A program made the position numbers and the translations under genes. Shown here piece after piece: positions 37,238-39,195 of a stretch of 39,195 nt of DNA. This DNA is from Escherichia phage JEP4. How positions within the stretch are numbered: position 1 is the stretch's first letter; each line of letters opens with the position of its first letter. The notes below the pieces were generated by a model that was not told the origin of the DNA, did not search any database, and was given only the letters and a program-made list of their open reading frames with translations. The stretch is from the sequence record MT740315.1; one strand, written 5' to 3'.

Positions 37238-37701
37238 GCAGAGTAACCGCGATTATCTCCGCTCTGATTATCTGCATCATCGTCTGCCTGTCATGGGCTG
37301 TTAATCATTACCGTGATAACGCCATCGCCTATAAAGAACAGCGCGATAACAAGGCCAGTGAACTGGAGAAGGCGAACGCCACCATTACTGACATGCAGCA
37401 GCGCCAGCGTGATGCTGATGCGCTCGATGCTAAATACACGAAGGAGTTAGCTGATGCGAAAGCTGAAAATGATGCTCTTCGGCGCAAGCTTGATAATGGT
37501 GGTCGGGTGTTCGTCAAAGGAAAATGCCCTATGCCATCCTCAGCCGAAACCTCCAGCGCCTCCGGCATGGGCAATGATGCCACCGTCGAACTCTCTCCAG
37601 TTGCTGGACGAAACGTTCTCGGTATCCGGGACGGAATCATCAGCGACCAAACAGCACTGAGAACGCTTCAGGAATACATCAGGACGCAATGCCTTCGATG
37701 A
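37234..37701 (+). CDS. Rz: Spanin inner-membrane subunit Rz (divergent C-terminal half)
   Basis: N-terminus [31 protein letters not shown] as lambda Rz; ATGA overlap with R; contains Rz1 in the +1 frame. Confidence 0.8.
   Translation: MSRVTAIISALIICIIVCLSWAVNHYRDNAIAYKEQRDNKASELEKANATITDMQQRQRDADALDAKYTKELADAKAENDALRRKLDNGGRVFVKGKCPMPSSAETSSASGMGNDATVELSPVAGRNVLGIRDGIISDQTALRTLQEYIRTQCLR
37454..37660 (+). CDS. Rz1: Spanin outer-membrane lipoprotein Rz1 (embedded in Rz)
   Basis: [21 protein letters not shown] lipobox; proline-rich [16 protein letters not shown]. Confidence 0.75.
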   Translation: MRKLKMMLFGASLIMVVGCSSKENALCHPQPKPPAPPAWAMMPPSNSLQLLDETFSVSGTESSATKQH

Positions 37702-37874
37702 TAGCGATAATTTTACTCATCATCCTTCACATCTGGCTCTGTAGACAGGGTGGTACTCACTTCTGGAGCGAATCCAGATTAAACATCTCATTGCTGATGC
37801 TTGAAGTTAAGCATCTGGCGCGCGGTAAGGGGCTGCGTTGAGATAAGAGCCAGTCATCACAAACACCTGGATTT

Positions 37875-37898
37875 AGCCTCGCATTCGCGGGGCTTTTT
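37875..37898 (+). terminator. Rho-independent terminator downstream of lysis cassette
   Basis: GCCTCGC-attc-GCGGGGC followed by TTTTTT. Confidence 0.6.
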
Positions 37899-38046
37899 TA
37901 CATCTGCAGTAAACCGCGCATCGCAGCGCGTAACAATCCCGAGTCTTTCAGAAAGCTGAGCCTGAGAACTGCCGTATATGGTGGCGACCATCTCGGGGCG
38001 GCTTTTCTGTGCGAACAGGCTCATCTTTCTAAAAGGTAAAGACGCT

Positions 38047-38565
38047 ATGAATCATCAATTGGCTAATCTCGATTTCCGGGACATGGTGGTTGTTTCTGGT
38101 GATCGCGTGATCACAACCTCCCGCAAGGTAGCAGCTTACTTCGACAAGCAGCATCACCACATCATTCAGAAAATCGAAAAGCTAGACTGTTCGGATGAAT
38201 TTCTAACCAGCAACTTTTCGCGGGTTACCTATGAACACAAGGGTAATCAGTATGTTGAATATGAAATTTCCAAAGACGGCGCGATGTACATCATCATGTC
38301 GTTTACCGGCAAAAAAGCTGCCGCCATCAAAGAGGCGTTTATCAAAGCATTTAATTGGATGCGTGACAGGCTGATGGAGATGGCTCACTCATACCAAAGA
38401 GAGCACAACGAGTTAATGCTGGAGTTCATGAAGGAAAAGGATGTTGCCAGTATGTCAGGACGCTTGCTGAACCGCTGGGGCAGGATCAAAAAACCGCAAC
38501 TCATAGCAAGAATCAAAAGGCTTGAGCAGCAGGCGCAAATATCGATCCCCGGACTGCCAAAGTGA
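38047..38565 (+). CDS. rha: Phage regulatory protein Rha
   Basis: Start MNHQLANLDFRDMVVVSGDRVITTSRKVAAYFDKQHHHIIQKIEKL (Rha N-domain pattern); position after lysis genes as in P22; ORF-track start 37978 is an extension. Confidence 0.7.
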   Translation: MNHQLANLDFRDMVVVSGDRVITTSRKVAAYFDKQHHHIIQKIEKLDCSDEFLTSNFSRVTYEHKGNQYVEYEISKDGAMYIIMSFTGKKAAAIKEAFIKAFNWMRDRLMEMAHSYQREHNELMLEFMKEKDVASMSGRLLNRWGRIKKPQLIARIKRLEQQAQISIPGLPK

Positions 38566-38917
38566 CCATTCCAAAGCCCATCTACGGGTGGGCTTGATAA
38601 TGAAACCGTGATTTACATCCCCACAATCCGGGTATGTAAAAGATAGTTCAGGCGAGAACAGATTTAACTAAATCTGTGCACCACCAGTTACGGCAGTACC
38701 ACGAAGCAACCCAAGCCAGTAAGTGGGGAAATAACACTGGCAGCCACTGAAAGATGAACCTCCAGCCTTATGGCAAAAAAGATTCTTTGTGGTGGCGGAC
38801 TGATGGAAAGACATCGGTTATTGCAGAGGCCATTCAATGAGTGGTCTCGACAATGGCTTATACCCTACACGGGATAACTTAACTGACATCCCTTTTAACG
38901 GATAAACGGAGCCAACA

Positions 38918-39160
38918 ATGGCAGAGATTATTCCCATGACTGAAGAACAGAAATTCCAGTTAGAGATTTATAAACTGGTCATGAACCAGAATGCAGCCGC
39001 AGAAGAAGCATTTCAATTCATTGGCACTGACGAACTGAAGCTTGAGCTATTCAAAATTCACTTCCAGTCAGGCGGCGCTAATTCAGATATCACGACCCGT
39101 ACTATCGAAGCGGTGCGTAAATCGAAGGAAGCGTTAGACCTGTTCACTACCGGAGCATGA
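38918..39160 (+). CDS. Hypothetical protein (80 aa) upstream of small terminase
   Basis: ORF with GGAG SD; last gene before the permutation point. Confidence 0.4.
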   Translation: MAEIIPMTEEQKFQLEIYKLVMNQNAAAEEAFQFIGTDELKLELFKIHFQSGGANSDITTRTIEAVRKSKEALDLFTTGA

Positions 39161-39195
39161 TGCTCAACCTGAAATAACAACTAAGTGAGATGAAT

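Larger units (their letters stand above)
1..39195. mobile_element. Complete temperate phage genome, circularly permuted at the small terminase start; P22-like virion module with lambda-type integration, nin and lysis modules
   Basis: Full set of packaging, head, ejection, tailspike, attP-int-xis, immunity, replication, nin, Q, lysis genes in canonical lambdoid order; attP core intact in the middle of the window; window begins at the ATG of the small terminase. Confidence 0.85.

Noticed and set aside
1-39195. tRNA, rRNA or tmRNA genes
   Set aside because: No cloverleaf-like segments recognised by eye in intergenic regions; the Q-S spacer, where some lambdoid phages carry tRNAs, contains only terminator hairpins. 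Needs tRNAscan-SE to exclude formally.

Overview
The window reads as one complete, circularly permuted temperate phage genome (about 39.2 kb) with an intact attP, so it is not an integrated prophage with attL/attR. All assignments rest on reading the ORF translations and on recalled family sequences; no database search was run. Gene order: small and large terminase, portal, scaffold, coat, head-completion and tail-hub genes, tail needle, three ejection proteins (1-13866, P22-like podovirus virion module); a low-GC accessory island (13884-19943) holding an immI-like antirepressor locus, the tailspike and a small membrane-protein moron; lambda-type tI/attP/int/xis (20035-21581); a leftward early operon with cIII, kil, a Sak4-type ATPase and an SSB-like gene (21621-27699); an N-like antiterminator with nutL; P22-type immC (c2, cro, c1) with nutR; O-like initiator with internal ori iterons and a DnaB-like helicase; a lambda-type nin region (ninB, ninD, ninF, rusA, ninH, phosphatase); a non-lambda Q; lambda-type S, R, Rz/Rz1; and rha. 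The most unusual content is the immI-like locus: a CI/LexA-like repressor whose S24 nucleophile serine is replaced by alanine, paired with a small two-TM protein, divergent from an Arc-like plus tandem antirepressor operon, with a Mnt homolog displaced downstream. A second candidate is a 99-aa membrane protein translationally coupled to the tailspike. No tRNA, rRNA or CRISPR array was seen.
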